A DNA stretch of 64,000 nucleotides, from the NCBI RefSeq assembly GCF_009834535.1, contig NC_045696.1, positions 31,808,001-31,872,000 on the forward strand. The letters are read 5' to 3'. Position 1 is the first letter of the stretch. Every line of letters begins with the position of its first letter. Source of the stretch: Camelus ferus. Its lineage: Eukaryota. This document shows positions 52,486 to 64,000 of this stretch, piece by piece. The position numbers and the translations under genes were made by a program. A model generated the notes under the pieces. That model was not told the DNA's origin. It saw only the letters and a program-made list of their open reading frames with translations, and made no database searches.

Positions 52486-54344
52486 GCATAGAATGTATGT
52501 ACATATGTTGTGTCCCATCCCTGAGGTTAATAAGCTCCCATATTTCTTCTGGTCTGTCAATAGATTGAGGGCTGATCCCTGAGTGCCTGCTTGCTCAGTA
52601 TTTCTAACCTGCTTTCAAGCTAAATGCTTGCTGGAAAGTCATCAGGTAGAGAGTTGCTGGTGCATGCAGTAACAAGACTTCTGAAAGCCTGGAATGGTGA
52701 GTGCTAAGGTGATATGGAACCAGACACCTATAACATCTGCCTTACATCTTACAACTGTCTTTTATTACTTGCTGCATTACATGTAAGTGGTATAGAATGG
52801 GAGGTTTTTCTGTATCTGAAGCATGTTGTTTTATCAAATAATTTTTGTTAATCCATACATTTTGGGATGAAAGAAAGTCTGTAGTCCTAATTCCTAAAAC
52901 ATTATTAACTGATCCTCATACCACTGGGGGTAAAGATTTTCTGAAACAGTTTTATGTTTGATACTTCTGCTAGATAATTTGAAAGGCCAGTGTTTTACTT
53001 TTTTTAAAACACACTTTATGTTGGTTGCCCTGAGACTATAACTCTATACTGCCTAAATTTATTTTCCATTTCTTTCTCTAATTAATTTACTATTTCGAAC
53101 ATATTATTACTTAAAAAATTGCTTTCTTTTTCCTCTCTCTCTACATATATGTATAGGCTAAATTATATTTTGAAAATGAAAGAATATCTTTAAATGTTTC
53201 CTACCATAAGACCAGCTATCATCTTCCCAAAGGGGAAAAAAAGCTCATACCAATAAACAAAAACAAAAAGTTGCAAGAAAGTACAGACATTGGGCATTAG
53301 AAAGCATGATGGACAGGGATTGAACCTTGCAGCTGAGTGAGCAGGATAAACGATAACAAGCTTTAGTGATAGCAAAGCTAAACAACAGGCTTCACTAAGG
53401 AAAAATAAAATCTGAACATTGTATGTCAGCAATACACAAAGCCTCAGAACAGATTATCCAAGAAAGTAACAAAGATGAAATTAGCATTAGTGTCTCCAGA
53501 GTTTACAAACAACATCATAAAACCAAGATAAGGTATTTTGGTATGCATATAAACAAGCAGTGCTAAAGCACTCCTTTCTTAATTTAGAAATTCAGATTTA
53601 GTTTTAAAAGCTGTATAGATTAAATAGAGATAGAATTGTTTATTCTAATATGCCACATAGAAAATCATGATGAACATATTGCATGTAAAATAGAAAGGAA
53701 TTCGTTTTGTGTAAAGGTGAGGACTAAGTCCAAAACTATCTCTAGAATTTAAAAAATCAGTTTTTATAAGTAAGAAAGCTATAATTATACATTCATGTGA
53801 TTAATATCTTTAATCTGATATGCATTGAGGTTTTCTTTTTTTTAAGTTATGTGCCAATATAAGAAATAAAGCCTTTTTGGTTTTCAAATTTCAACTTTAA
53901 AGATTACACTCAGTTCTATAGCATATTAAGGTATAGAAATACTGACAATATACTAATAGTACATTCAGCCTATGGTCACTCATTTTAAGCTTATAAATGT
54001 AGTTATTTAATCAGTATCCACAAAATCAGTTTTGTTTTGGTTTTCCATTTTGTCAGATTTAAAATTATAAAACAGTTCTATTAAAGGCAAAGGAAAATAA
54101 ACATCTAGCACAAATGATGGAAAGAAATTCATATATTCTCTAAAATGATAGAAGCATTTTTTACAAGAATATTTATGTTTTATAAGATTCTTTGTTTATA
54201 TAATTTTTATTGATGCTAAAAAAGTACCCAGGGTACAATTCCAGTATCTCATGGAATCAACTCAGATAAAACTATTATACTCCCATGAGTAACCATTAAA
54301 CACTTGATTAACCTAATATTATTTTTATAGTATATATATTTTTT

Positions 54345-56750
54345 TTCTGTAAACGCTTTATTGAAGCATAACTGTAACAGGTTGAGTAGTTTCCCCCAAA
54401 TTTATATAGACTCAGAACATCAGAATCTGGCCTTATTGGGAAATATGATTTTTGCTGATGTAACTAAGGTAGGGATCAAGATGATTTCGTACTGGAGTTA
54501 AGACAGCCTCTAATTCCAGTAAGTGTACTTACAAGAAACAGAATAGGACACACAGAGATATAGAAGAAGGCCATGTGAAGATAGAGCAAAAGATTGGAGT
54601 GATATATCTACAAGGAATGCCAAATTCCAGCCACTGGAACCCAGGAGAGAGGCATGGAACAGGCTCTTTTTAGAACCTATAAAATGAACCAATCCTGCCA
54701 ACACCATGATTTTGGAATTCTAGTGTCCTGAACTGTGAAAGAATAAATTTCTGTTGTTTTAACCTTCCCAATTTATGGTAATTTATTACAACAACTCTAG
54801 GAAACTAATACACAGATTATATGTATTTTATATATAAGTATATGTAACATAAGGAAGAGTGCAGAGACCCTAAATTTTACGATTTGATGAATTTTTACTA
54901 AATAACCAGCACCAGTATTAAGAATTAGATTACTATCAGAACTTCCAATGATACCACCTTGTAAAATTAACCACTACCATCTTGGTTTCTGTTAGTTTTG
55001 TCTAAAAAATTAGTTTCATGGTTTGAAATTAAACGTATGTGTGGGTTTATTTTACTTCTGTGGCTTCTTTTACTCACCATTATACTTGTAAGATTTATCC
55101 ATGTTATGTCTAGAAAAATTTGGATTTTTTATTATTGTATAGTGTTTTTTATTGAATTGTTATATCAGAATTTATTAATTTATAGTTGATGAGTTTTTGG
55201 ATTGTTTCCAATTATTTGGCCAAGAATAGTGCTGCTAAATATATCCTTTTTAGGCACACATATATGCACATTTATGTTCAGTGCACATATAAAATCTTCA
55301 TAAGCTAATGTTATATTCAGCTTTGTAAACTCAGTTTCCCAAAGTGATTGGAGTATATTACATTCCTGTTAATATACCACAGTACCAGTGTGCTAGTTTC
55401 AGTTGTTTCTGTCTTCATCAACATGTTATTTTTTTGTATTTTTCATAATTAGTTATTCTAGTGGAGGCAGTGAATTCTAATTGTGATATTAACTTTATTT
55501 CCATGATTACTAATGAAGTTGAGCACTTTGTTATAAGTTTATTGATAATAAGAATTATTGCTTTTATAAAGTACCTGTTCAAATATTTTGTTCTTTTCTG
55601 TTTTGGGCTGTGTCTCTTTTATGTTATTGAATTTTTAAAGTTCTTTGTGTATTTTATATAGGAATACTTTGTCAGATAACATTATGGCAAAAATCTTTTC
55701 TCACTCTGGCTTGAATTTCCACTCTCATTTTGATGCCTTTTAATGAACAGATGTTCTTAAATTTAACAAAGTCAAATTTATCAGTATTTCCCTTATGTTT
55801 AATCCCTAGTATATCTTATTTTAAAAAATCTTTGCCAGCTCCCATGTCATGAATATTTGCTCACATTTATCCTGAGATTTACTGTTTTACCTTTGACATG
55901 TAGATATACAGTCTATCTGAAATTTCTTTTTGTATATGATGGCAGGACAAAGCTCATTTTTTTCAGTATCTTTATTCAATTGACCATTTTGAGAAATCTG
56001 CCACTTCTTTTCTGCACTATAGTATCATCATTGTTATAAATCAAGTTACTGTGTAACTTGTTTCTCAAATAATCTCTCCGTGCAGCATTATCATGTGGTC
56101 TTAAATACTGTTACTTGATAATATCATGATAGGTTAAGTCTCAATTTTTTGTTCTTCCTTAAAATTATCTTGGCTACACTTACCTCTCTGATTTTCTTTA
56201 CAACTGAGAAACCAGTCTTTCAATTCCCCTGGGGAAAAAAAAGAAAGAAAAAAAAAGTTATATTTTAAAAAGAATCGCATTGGGTTAAATAGATATTTGT
56301 AGACAGTACTGACATAGTTTGAAAATTGTATCTTCTAATCAAAAAAAGGAATAAGTCCTTCCATTTATTTAGGTCTTCTTTGCTGTTTCTCAGTAATATT
56401 ATGAATGTTTTCTGACATAAAATTTTTGTGTGTTGTTTGTTAGATTATATCATAGGTAACTGAAAATCTTGATGCTACTGTGAATGGTATATTTTACTTT
56501 TTTTTGTTTCCTATAAATAAAAGTTGATTGGATATTTTTAGACTTTAAATCTATCACTTTTGTAAAATTTGTTCTTAATATTCTAATAATTAGCCTTCAG
56601 ATTATTTTGGAATTTCTGGGATGTTCTCATATCATCTGAGAAGAGAGGCAATTATAGTTAGTTCATCATCACTCTTGATTTTTCTTGCTGTATTGCCCCC
56701 AATATATGCTAAGTTGAAGTGGTAATTGTTTACTAACTATACTCTTTACT
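54345..56750 (-). mobile_element. Ancient L1 (L1ME/MB-like) 3' portion, antisense, interrupted by MLT1B
   Basis: tttattgaagcataac tail, gtaagatttatccatgtt, gattactaatgaagttgagcac, tttaatgaacagatgttcttaaattt, ccatttatttaggtcttcttt. Confidence 0.75.
54373..54812 (+). mobile_element. MaLR LTR (MLT1B-like), full length
   Basis: tgtaacaggttgagtagtttccccca...gaagaaggccatgtgaagatagag...gaataaatttctgttgttttaa...ctctaggaaactaataca. Confidence 0.88.
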
Positions 56751-56904
56751 AATTCTATATACTATGATATATTTAATTGTTTCAGTTTAATTTTACTCAT
56801 GTTATTCTGGGAAGTGAGGAAGGACCAAATGAAAATAAAATTTCTTATTACTGTGGCATAAAGAAAAGTTTTGACTACTCATTTTTCCAGACTAACATTT
56901 ATTT

Positions 56905-58210
56905 AAGTTAAGGCTCATTTTTTTGAATGGTGTGAGGGAGTATTCTAACTTCACTTATTTACATGTGGCTGTCCAGTTTTCCCAACAACACCTGCTGTAG
57001 AGGCTGACTTTTTTCCATTGTATATTCTTGCCTCCTTTGTCAAAGATTATTGACTGTAAGTCTGCAGGTTCATTTCTGGGCTCTCTGTTCTGTTTCATTG
57101 ATCCATATGTCTGTTTTTGTGCTAATACCACTCTGCTTTGATTACTGTAGCTTTGTAGTATTGTCTGATGTCTGGGAGGGTTATTCCTCTAGCTTTATAC
57201 TTTTTCTTCAGTATTGCTTTGGCAATTCTGGGTCTTTTGTGATTCCATATAAATTTTAGGATTATTTGTTCTAGTTCTGTAAAAAATGTGATAGGGATTA
57301 CATTAAATCTGTAGATTACTTTGGGTAGTATGGCCATTTTAACAATATTAATTCTTCTAGTACAAGAACATGGATTATCTTTCCATTTCTTTAAGTCATC
57401 TTTAATTTCCTTAATCAATGTTTTGATAACTACTAGAGAGTGTGGAGAAAAGGGAACCCTCCTACACTGTTGATGGGAAAGAAGTTTGGTGCAGCCATTA
57501 TGGAAAACAGTATGGAGATTCCTCAAAAAACTAAAACTAGACTTACCGTATGATCCAACAATCCCATTCCTGGCCATATATCTGAAGGGAACTCAAATTC
57601 AAAAAGATACGTGCACCCCAATGTTCATAACAACACTATATACAATAGCCAAGACATGAAAGCAACCTAAATGTCCATCAACAGATGACTGGATAAAGAA
57701 GTTGTGGTATATTTATACAATGGAGTACTACTCAGCCATAAAAAAATTAAAATAATGCCATTTATAGCAACATGGATGGATCTGGAGATTGTCATTCTAA
57801 GTGATGTAAGCCTGAAAGAGAAATAAAAATTCCATAGGATATCACTATATGTGGAATCTAAAAAAAAAAAAAAAAGATGCAAATGAACTTATTTACAAAA
57901 TAGAAACAGACTCACAGACATAGAGTAAACAAACATGGTTATCAGAGGTGGGAAGGGATAAATTGAGAGCTGGAGATTTGCAAATACTAACTACTATATA
58001 TAAAATAGATAAAAAAACAAATTTCTTCCGTATAGCAAAGGGAACTATATTTAGTATCTTGTAATAACGTATAATGAAAAAGAATATGAAAACGAATATA
58101 TGTATGTATATGTATGACTGAAACATGATGCTATACATCTGAAATTGACACATTGTAACTGACTATACTTCAATAAATAAATAAGTTAATTAAATAAATT
58201 AGGGCTTATT
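56905..58210 (+). mobile_element. 5'-inverted, truncated L1 (antisense ORF2 piece 56920-57428; sense 3' end 57429-58195), camelid-type 3' UTR
   Basis: The minus-strand ORF encodes the L1 ORF2 peptide [16 protein letters not shown]...[18 protein letters not shown]...[13 protein letters not shown], while 57429 onward is a sense L1 3' end with an A-rich tail. Candidate TSD aagttaaggctcatt (56905-56919) / aaattagggcttatt (58196-58210), 12/15 identical. Confidence 0.9.
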
Positions 58211-60439
58211 AAGACCACTATAATTAATAATAAATTTATGTACTCATAAATTTTTATGATACATTCTATCCCATTTGGAGAGAAGAAAAATGATTAGCAA
58301 AAAATTAGTTTTCTTACATTCTATCAGCATTAGATTATTAGATAACCTCATAAAAATATTTATGTGCTATAAGAATTGATTTATTCATTAATCTGTGTAC
58401 TTTTCATTCAATCATTCATTCATATCTGTTGTGCCAGAATATATTAAAAGTTTAAACTTCTCAATAGACTTCATGGTGAGTTATCAATTACATAAAGTAG
58501 ATGAACATGTTATCTAATATATCTAACTGATGTACCAACAAAATTATTCATAATCTATTTTAAAATCCAACCATACATGAAAGGGATAATCCAAATTATT
58601 AAAGTGTTTCAGAGAAATAAGTCATATCTAAGCTGTAAGAAAAGTATCAAGTGGTACAAAATAACAATTACTACAATAAACTTTAAAATAATCAGAGTAG
58701 ATGTACATTTTTAGATGTTCAGTCCCCTTAAATAGTCACTACTTTCTCATAAATACTATTTATTGCTGATTTGTCTATTTATTACCCTAAGCTGACTTTT
58801 TCCATTTTAACTCATTAGAGAAATTAAACATATAATCAAATATAAGAGGATACTATGTGATGTAATAAATGAGGGTCAGCATAAGTCTTGAAGTACAGAA
58901 ATATAGAGAAAACTCACATGGGAAAATAAAAGTCTCTGAGTTTTGTTCTCCACACTCTCATCTTTCATATTTGAAGATATTTTCCATTTGTGCAAGTGTG
59001 GCTCTGAAAAACAAAATTGTGGCTTATGTTTCTTTCCGCCCATTCTTTTCAAAACCTGTCACCATCTTGGGCTCTGCTTTTCGATTTAATGGGTAGCTTA
59101 TGCCTATTTTTAAAAAGATCCACCCCATCTCTGGTTTCTGCATTCCCATCTGGTCGATCTGCTGCTCTTAACTTTGCAAGAAGTCAGAATATCTGCTACA
59201 ATGCCTCTAGTTCTTTCTTGCAGAGATTTTTGTGCAATTGCTTTTGATTATGGTCTGATGACTTCACCTACCTGCAGAAGCATTTACAACCTTCAAGACC
59301 CTTGCCCTTTATCACCTTCAACCCTTGGTTCCAGGTATTATCCTATTGTGGTTTTCACTCAGCAGCTTTCTGTTCATCTAAATCTTACTTATTTCCTAAG
59401 ACCCAGAATAAGTTCTGTCTCTTTCATTGTAGCCTTCTTTTGATTACGTGAGCTGACACTGACTGACCTTTCCTTTCTTTTTTTTCTGTTGTATACGTAA
59501 TTCAGCTTCACAGTTTATCTCATGGATATTCTCTGATTACTTCATGTTTTCTTCTATCACTGAAGATATATCATTAGCCTTGTAAGACAAGGATCATACC
59601 CTATATTACATTTATACACACACACACACACACGAGTAACTTCTGCGGAGCTGAGAACACACAATGTGTGCAAAAAGAAATGGAATAAAATGTTGATTTA
59701 CTGTTTGTTTACATTTCAACCACAAAAACTCTTCAAACTTAGTTTTGAAGCAACTTTAAAGTGCTGTGTAAATGTTGTATTAGAATTTTAATGTTAATTA
59801 ACTGAACGTATGCTAGAATTCTTTTTTTTTTCTGTTTTTTTGTTTTTGTGTAGCACACAGATTGGGAGTAACACCACCCTTTAGAGTAGTCTGAATCTCA
59901 AATAATTCTAATATCTTAATACTATCAATCACAAGATCCTCTATGGGCAATGTGATGTCTAAATAGTATGTCATGGGCAGCTTATAAAAACAACTATTAA
60001 CTCTTCTGAAGTTCATTTTATTTATCTCAGGTGCATTGATTGGCCAGAATGAGCTTCAGTCCCAACATTAAAATCAAAAAAATTCCCTGAAATCTTTAGT
60101 CTTTCAACTTTGTGCCCCTTACCAACTATAAATTTATTATATACACCCCTAATATGTTTCCTTTTTACAGTCTAAAGGCATTTTAGTGCTGCCTTTACTT
60201 ATCATTACATAGCCAGCTGAAGCCTCCAAATTTTACATCATTAATTGACCTTTCTTGTTTCAACGTCTACTGACAAGAACTTAAGCACCTCTTAGTCTTA
60301 GCATATAAGTGTGTACTCTTTACAAATATCCTCAATACATTTGTTTATTCTCTCCTTAAGACTCTCAAAAGGAGAGTATATTCTTACTCTTTCTACTGTT
60401 TCCCATTTATTTACCAACCCACTGAAATCAGGGCATATT

Positions 60440-60620
60440 AGAAGTATGGTATTTACAGGGATGACGTGGATTTGATTCCTAGCTTCAATGCTTTTAACCC
60501 TTTGTTGCCTAATGTTAGAATTGAGGTAGAAAGAATAATAACCTTATAGTGTTGCCTTGATTAAATGAGAGAATGCATGAAAAGTAATTTACCCGGTACC
60601 TGAAACACAGTAAACACTTT
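60440..60620 (+). mobile_element. MIR SINE, degraded
   Basis: tggatttgattcctagcttca...gattaaatgagagaatgcatgaaaag...gtacctgaaacacagtaaacact. Confidence 0.55.
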
Positions 60621-60649
60621 ATTTCTTCCCATTGTTATTACTAGTCCAC

Positions 60650-62050
60650 CTGCAGTTCTCTTAATCTGGTATCTAATAATCTCCCATTTTTCAAATCCAG
60701 TGGAAATCTTTTCTTTCTCATCTTCTCTCCTTCTCTACTATAATTCCATTCTTTCATTCAGTAAATATTTACTGAGCAACTACTATGTGTCAGAAATTGA
60801 GTTACATTTATTATATATGGTGATGAATAAAATAAAGAACTCTCCTTTCTCCATGACTTTTTAATCTAGAGAGAAAAATATTGAACAAATATACAAGAAT
60901 GAACAAATAAGTAAATATATATATATATGAGAACCATTGTAATTTGAAAACTTACTTAAATAAAAGAACTAGTTATTATGAAAAGAATAATAATGGGGAC
61001 TTACACTGGCCTGAGTAGTCTGGTAAGGCCTCTCTGAGATTATACTCAAGTTTCGGCTTGAAGGGTAATCAGGAGATAGCCTGAAAGGAGTAGGTAAGCA
61101 AAACTCCCAAGCAAAAGAGACCACTGATACACAACCCTACAGTCAGAAAATGTTCACCACACACTCCATCTGAAATTGTTTTCCCCCTCAGTTGCCATGA
61201 ACTCATGCCTTTTCTATGACTCCCTACTTTCTGATAATCATGTTTCAATATTCTGATGCCTTTCTTTAACAGCCTTTTTAATATTTGGAGTTTTTTCAGA
61301 ATGTCTCCTTCAGATTATTTCACATTTTTTGGTTCTTACTATATTTTCTCAAATATTATTGTGCTTTTGATTACCACCTATGTGGAATTGACTCCCCACT
61401 CTGTAATTTAAACCTTAGCTATTTTAGTAAACTTCAGATTTCTAGAATGTATTATTTGTTATACATCCCACCTGAATGCTTCAGTGCTCCTTCATATGCA
61501 ACATGTTCAAATCTGAATCAGTGATCTTTTATCCTCAATCAATACTTTTTGTGAATGGACTACAATCATCGGTAGTAAAACCGTGTACTAAATGCCCATG
61601 CTACATTACTGACCCACTTTTCTTTCCTGTTAGTCAAATTATTTTCTTTTCTGCATGCTTTGTGCATTTTTTTTCATTTTTAGTTTTCATCACAAGCTAC
61701 CAGTTGCCTAGTTCAGTAATTTTTCATATTTTTTCTCTATAATTCTTCTCTAGTTCAGATCCATCTTAATTTCCATCTGAAATATTATAGGGTTTTCTAA
61801 CCAGACTCTCTCTTTCCAATCTGCTCAAAGAAGACAGTGACCCCATGACTTGATGTTGCTCTTAATGCCAACTTCAAAACCTATGTCACCTCTGCCTCTG
61901 TCCAGTAAATATGAATGTACTGTTGTTTTCTACAAAACATCATTTTTTTCTTGCTCATGTGGCTATTCTATTAATCTTTTAACCTCTCTTTTTCTGATTA
62001 AATCTTAATCATGCTCCGTGAAATCTCATCAATTTCTCCCATAGGGGATC
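60650..62050. mobile_element. LINE-2 fragments in both orientations
   Basis: ttcattcagtaaatatttactgagcaactactatgtgtcag (antisense L2 tail) nested among sense L2 motifs (caaatccagtggaaatc, gattaccacctatgtgg, caacatgttcaaatctgaa). Confidence 0.6.
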
Positions 62051-62329
62051 TTAACTAACTGCTTCTAGGAGTGTCTAGAAAAAAGATTTCTTGGACAAAT
62101 GAAAGGAAGCACATGGCAGCTGTTCAAGCCTACTGTCTTAGTATGAACAGAGAATCAATAAGCTGGTCTACATAAAGAATCAGTGGCATGGAATAAAAAG
62201 ATCAAAATCAAGTAAAAATACTGACCTCTGGGGAAACAGACCATTAAGGAGACTAGAAAAAACATATTTTAAATTCTGCATATTATTTGCAGCACTTTGG
62301 ACAATATAAAGCATACATAAAATATTATT

Positions 62330-63950
62330 ATCTTAATAAAGAGGAATAAATATCAGACAACAAGAATAAATACTTGGAATTAAAAATATGATAAAAGTCC
62401 CAGAATGAAAGAGCAGAAAGAAGGATGGAAAGGAAGTAATTCATAATTATTAGACATTGATATTTCTAGAAATTGATAGTTACTAGACAACAGTTTCAAA
62501 AGCAGAAAAGGGATAAAAGTTTTAGTCTCATAAAATTTCTGAAATCAATGACTAAATAAAGGATCCTAGATACTTCTAAGTGGGAGAAAATAAGCCCACT
62601 ACAAAATACTGTCTGATCAACCATCAGAAATATTGATGGAAGAAAACAATAGAAAAATGTCGGTACTTCTGAAGGAAAATTCAGAGTTTAGAAGGCATGC
62701 ATACAAATCAGTTTGTGAGGTCAGAATAAAGCCACATTCAAATATTGATGGACTCAAAAAAGTTACCTCTGGTACACCCAACTTTACTTCAGGATATTCT
62801 CCAGCAAAGTGAAACAAAAATCAAGAAGTAGAAAGGCACATAATCTTGAAAAACATAGACTGTAGCATATAAAAGCAGTAAAAAATAGATCCCAAATTGA
62901 AGGCCTGGGGAACATCCAGCTATTAATGCCTAAAATATCTGACACCTAATAGGTGCTAAAAACATTGGTTAAATTAATGAATAAATAATTATTTATCAGG
63001 ACAATGGAGGGTTCTGTGAGACAAGATCTAGGATGCTTGGCAGTACAGAAAGGTTAACTGACTTGAGGATGTGATAATTAATACACATACACACACACAC
63101 ACACACACAGGCACTCACTCACTCCTAAGCTAAAAACTCAAACCAAATCAAAATGAACAACATAATGTTTAATTCAAATATGTTAAAAAAAAAGGAGCTA
63201 TAACATGTTTTTTTTTTTAGCAAATAATGAGCTTAAAATTGAATACATTTAATTCTAAATGCTAGAAATACTCACTTAGTGACTCAGGTTTAAGGCAATG
63301 TATAGGTGAGAAGGAAATGCAGTCTTAGTGAAATAGCACCAATTTGAACATTATTGAAATAGTCATCATATACTAGCTTTCCAGTGTAATAATCAATAAG
63401 AATATACAAGAAGTCTTTATTTTAGCTGCAAGACAAAGTATAAAGTGAAGGTTAGGCCTGAAATTGTTAGGGATGGTTAAGGAAAGGATATTCTAACATA
63501 TTTTCTTATAAAGTGAAGACAGAAAATATTGTCAAACATATGAAACAAGGCAAAGAAGCTTAATTAATTGAAGTTAAAATCTTTGCAAATGGAAAACTCA
63601 AAATATATATATGAAAGCTGAAAAGAAAAGATGAGGTAAAAGATAAATCAAGACATAAACACATACTATTCCAATTTAATATATCAGCAAGGAACAACAA
63701 GGCATATTTTCAAGAGTTATGCAGGCAATCACCAGAAGAACTAAAATAAGATATCAAATAATTTACTCCATAGGAGTGAGCAGAGGTAGGAAAGGTACGG
63801 TTGAGAGAACACAGCTTTTTCTCATGAGATTCTCTGTACAATTTTATTTTTCACCACAAACACATTTTATTTTGGTGAAAATTCATTTAAACATATATAT
63901 GTAAATTATATATATATGAAAAATCTTTGAAATTAACTTATATGTCTTTC
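62330..63950 (+). mobile_element. HAL1/ancient L1-like relic
   Basis: ttggaattaaaaatatgata, cttctgaaggaaaatt, agaataaagccacattcaaat, ggactcaaaaaagttacctc and ggatattctccagcaaa resemble the HAL1 ORF1-like region. Confidence 0.5.
63083..63109. repeat. (AC)n microsatellite
   Basis: Read directly from the sequence. Confidence 0.9.
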
Positions 63951-64000
63951 AAAAAGTGTTCTATATTAGAACAACTTATTTAACAATATCAATTCATTAA

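Larger units (their letters stand above)
50950..52745 (-). mobile_element. LTR16-like ERVL LTR split by nested insertions (pieces about 50950-51160 and 52490-52745)
   Basis: ggatttaagtgcaaatattatacttgggg...ctgtgggcaactggac on the left; gagtgctaaggtgatatgg...acatctgccttaca on the right. Confidence 0.6.

Noticed and set aside
201..63904. Remaining 60-108 aa ORFs in the track
   Set aside because: Low-complexity F/L/I/K-rich translations of AT-rich or repeat DNA, often with non-ATG starts and no recognisable domains or exon structure.

Overview
AT-rich, repeat-dense mammalian DNA (intergenic or deep intronic), probably from a camelid, judged from the young L1 3' ends at 6484-6608 and 57429-58195. 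I found no intact protein-coding gene, RNA gene or CRISPR array; almost all listed ORFs are chance frames or repeat-derived. The one gene-derived sequence is a decayed, 5'-truncated, intronless EEF2 (elongation factor 2) retrocopy on the minus strand (35608-37383). It is joined 5' end to 5' end to a short plus-strand L1 3' terminus. The whole composite lies between one target-site duplication and splits the 5' LTR of a MER67-like ERV1 provirus that still has a tRNA-Ser primer-binding site. Inside the retrocopy a 90-bp core has 16 CpGs and three CRE/ATF-type motifs, a candidate exapted promoter. The rest is L1, L2, CR1, MIR, MaLR/ERV LTR and hAT/Tigger relics, including a twin-primed 5'-inverted L1 and a nested transposon cluster. 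Repeat family names come from recalled consensus sequences, not a database search, and boundaries of old repeats are approximate. I see no support for a new multi-gene biological system; the best leads are the chimeric retro-insertion and its CpG/CRE core.
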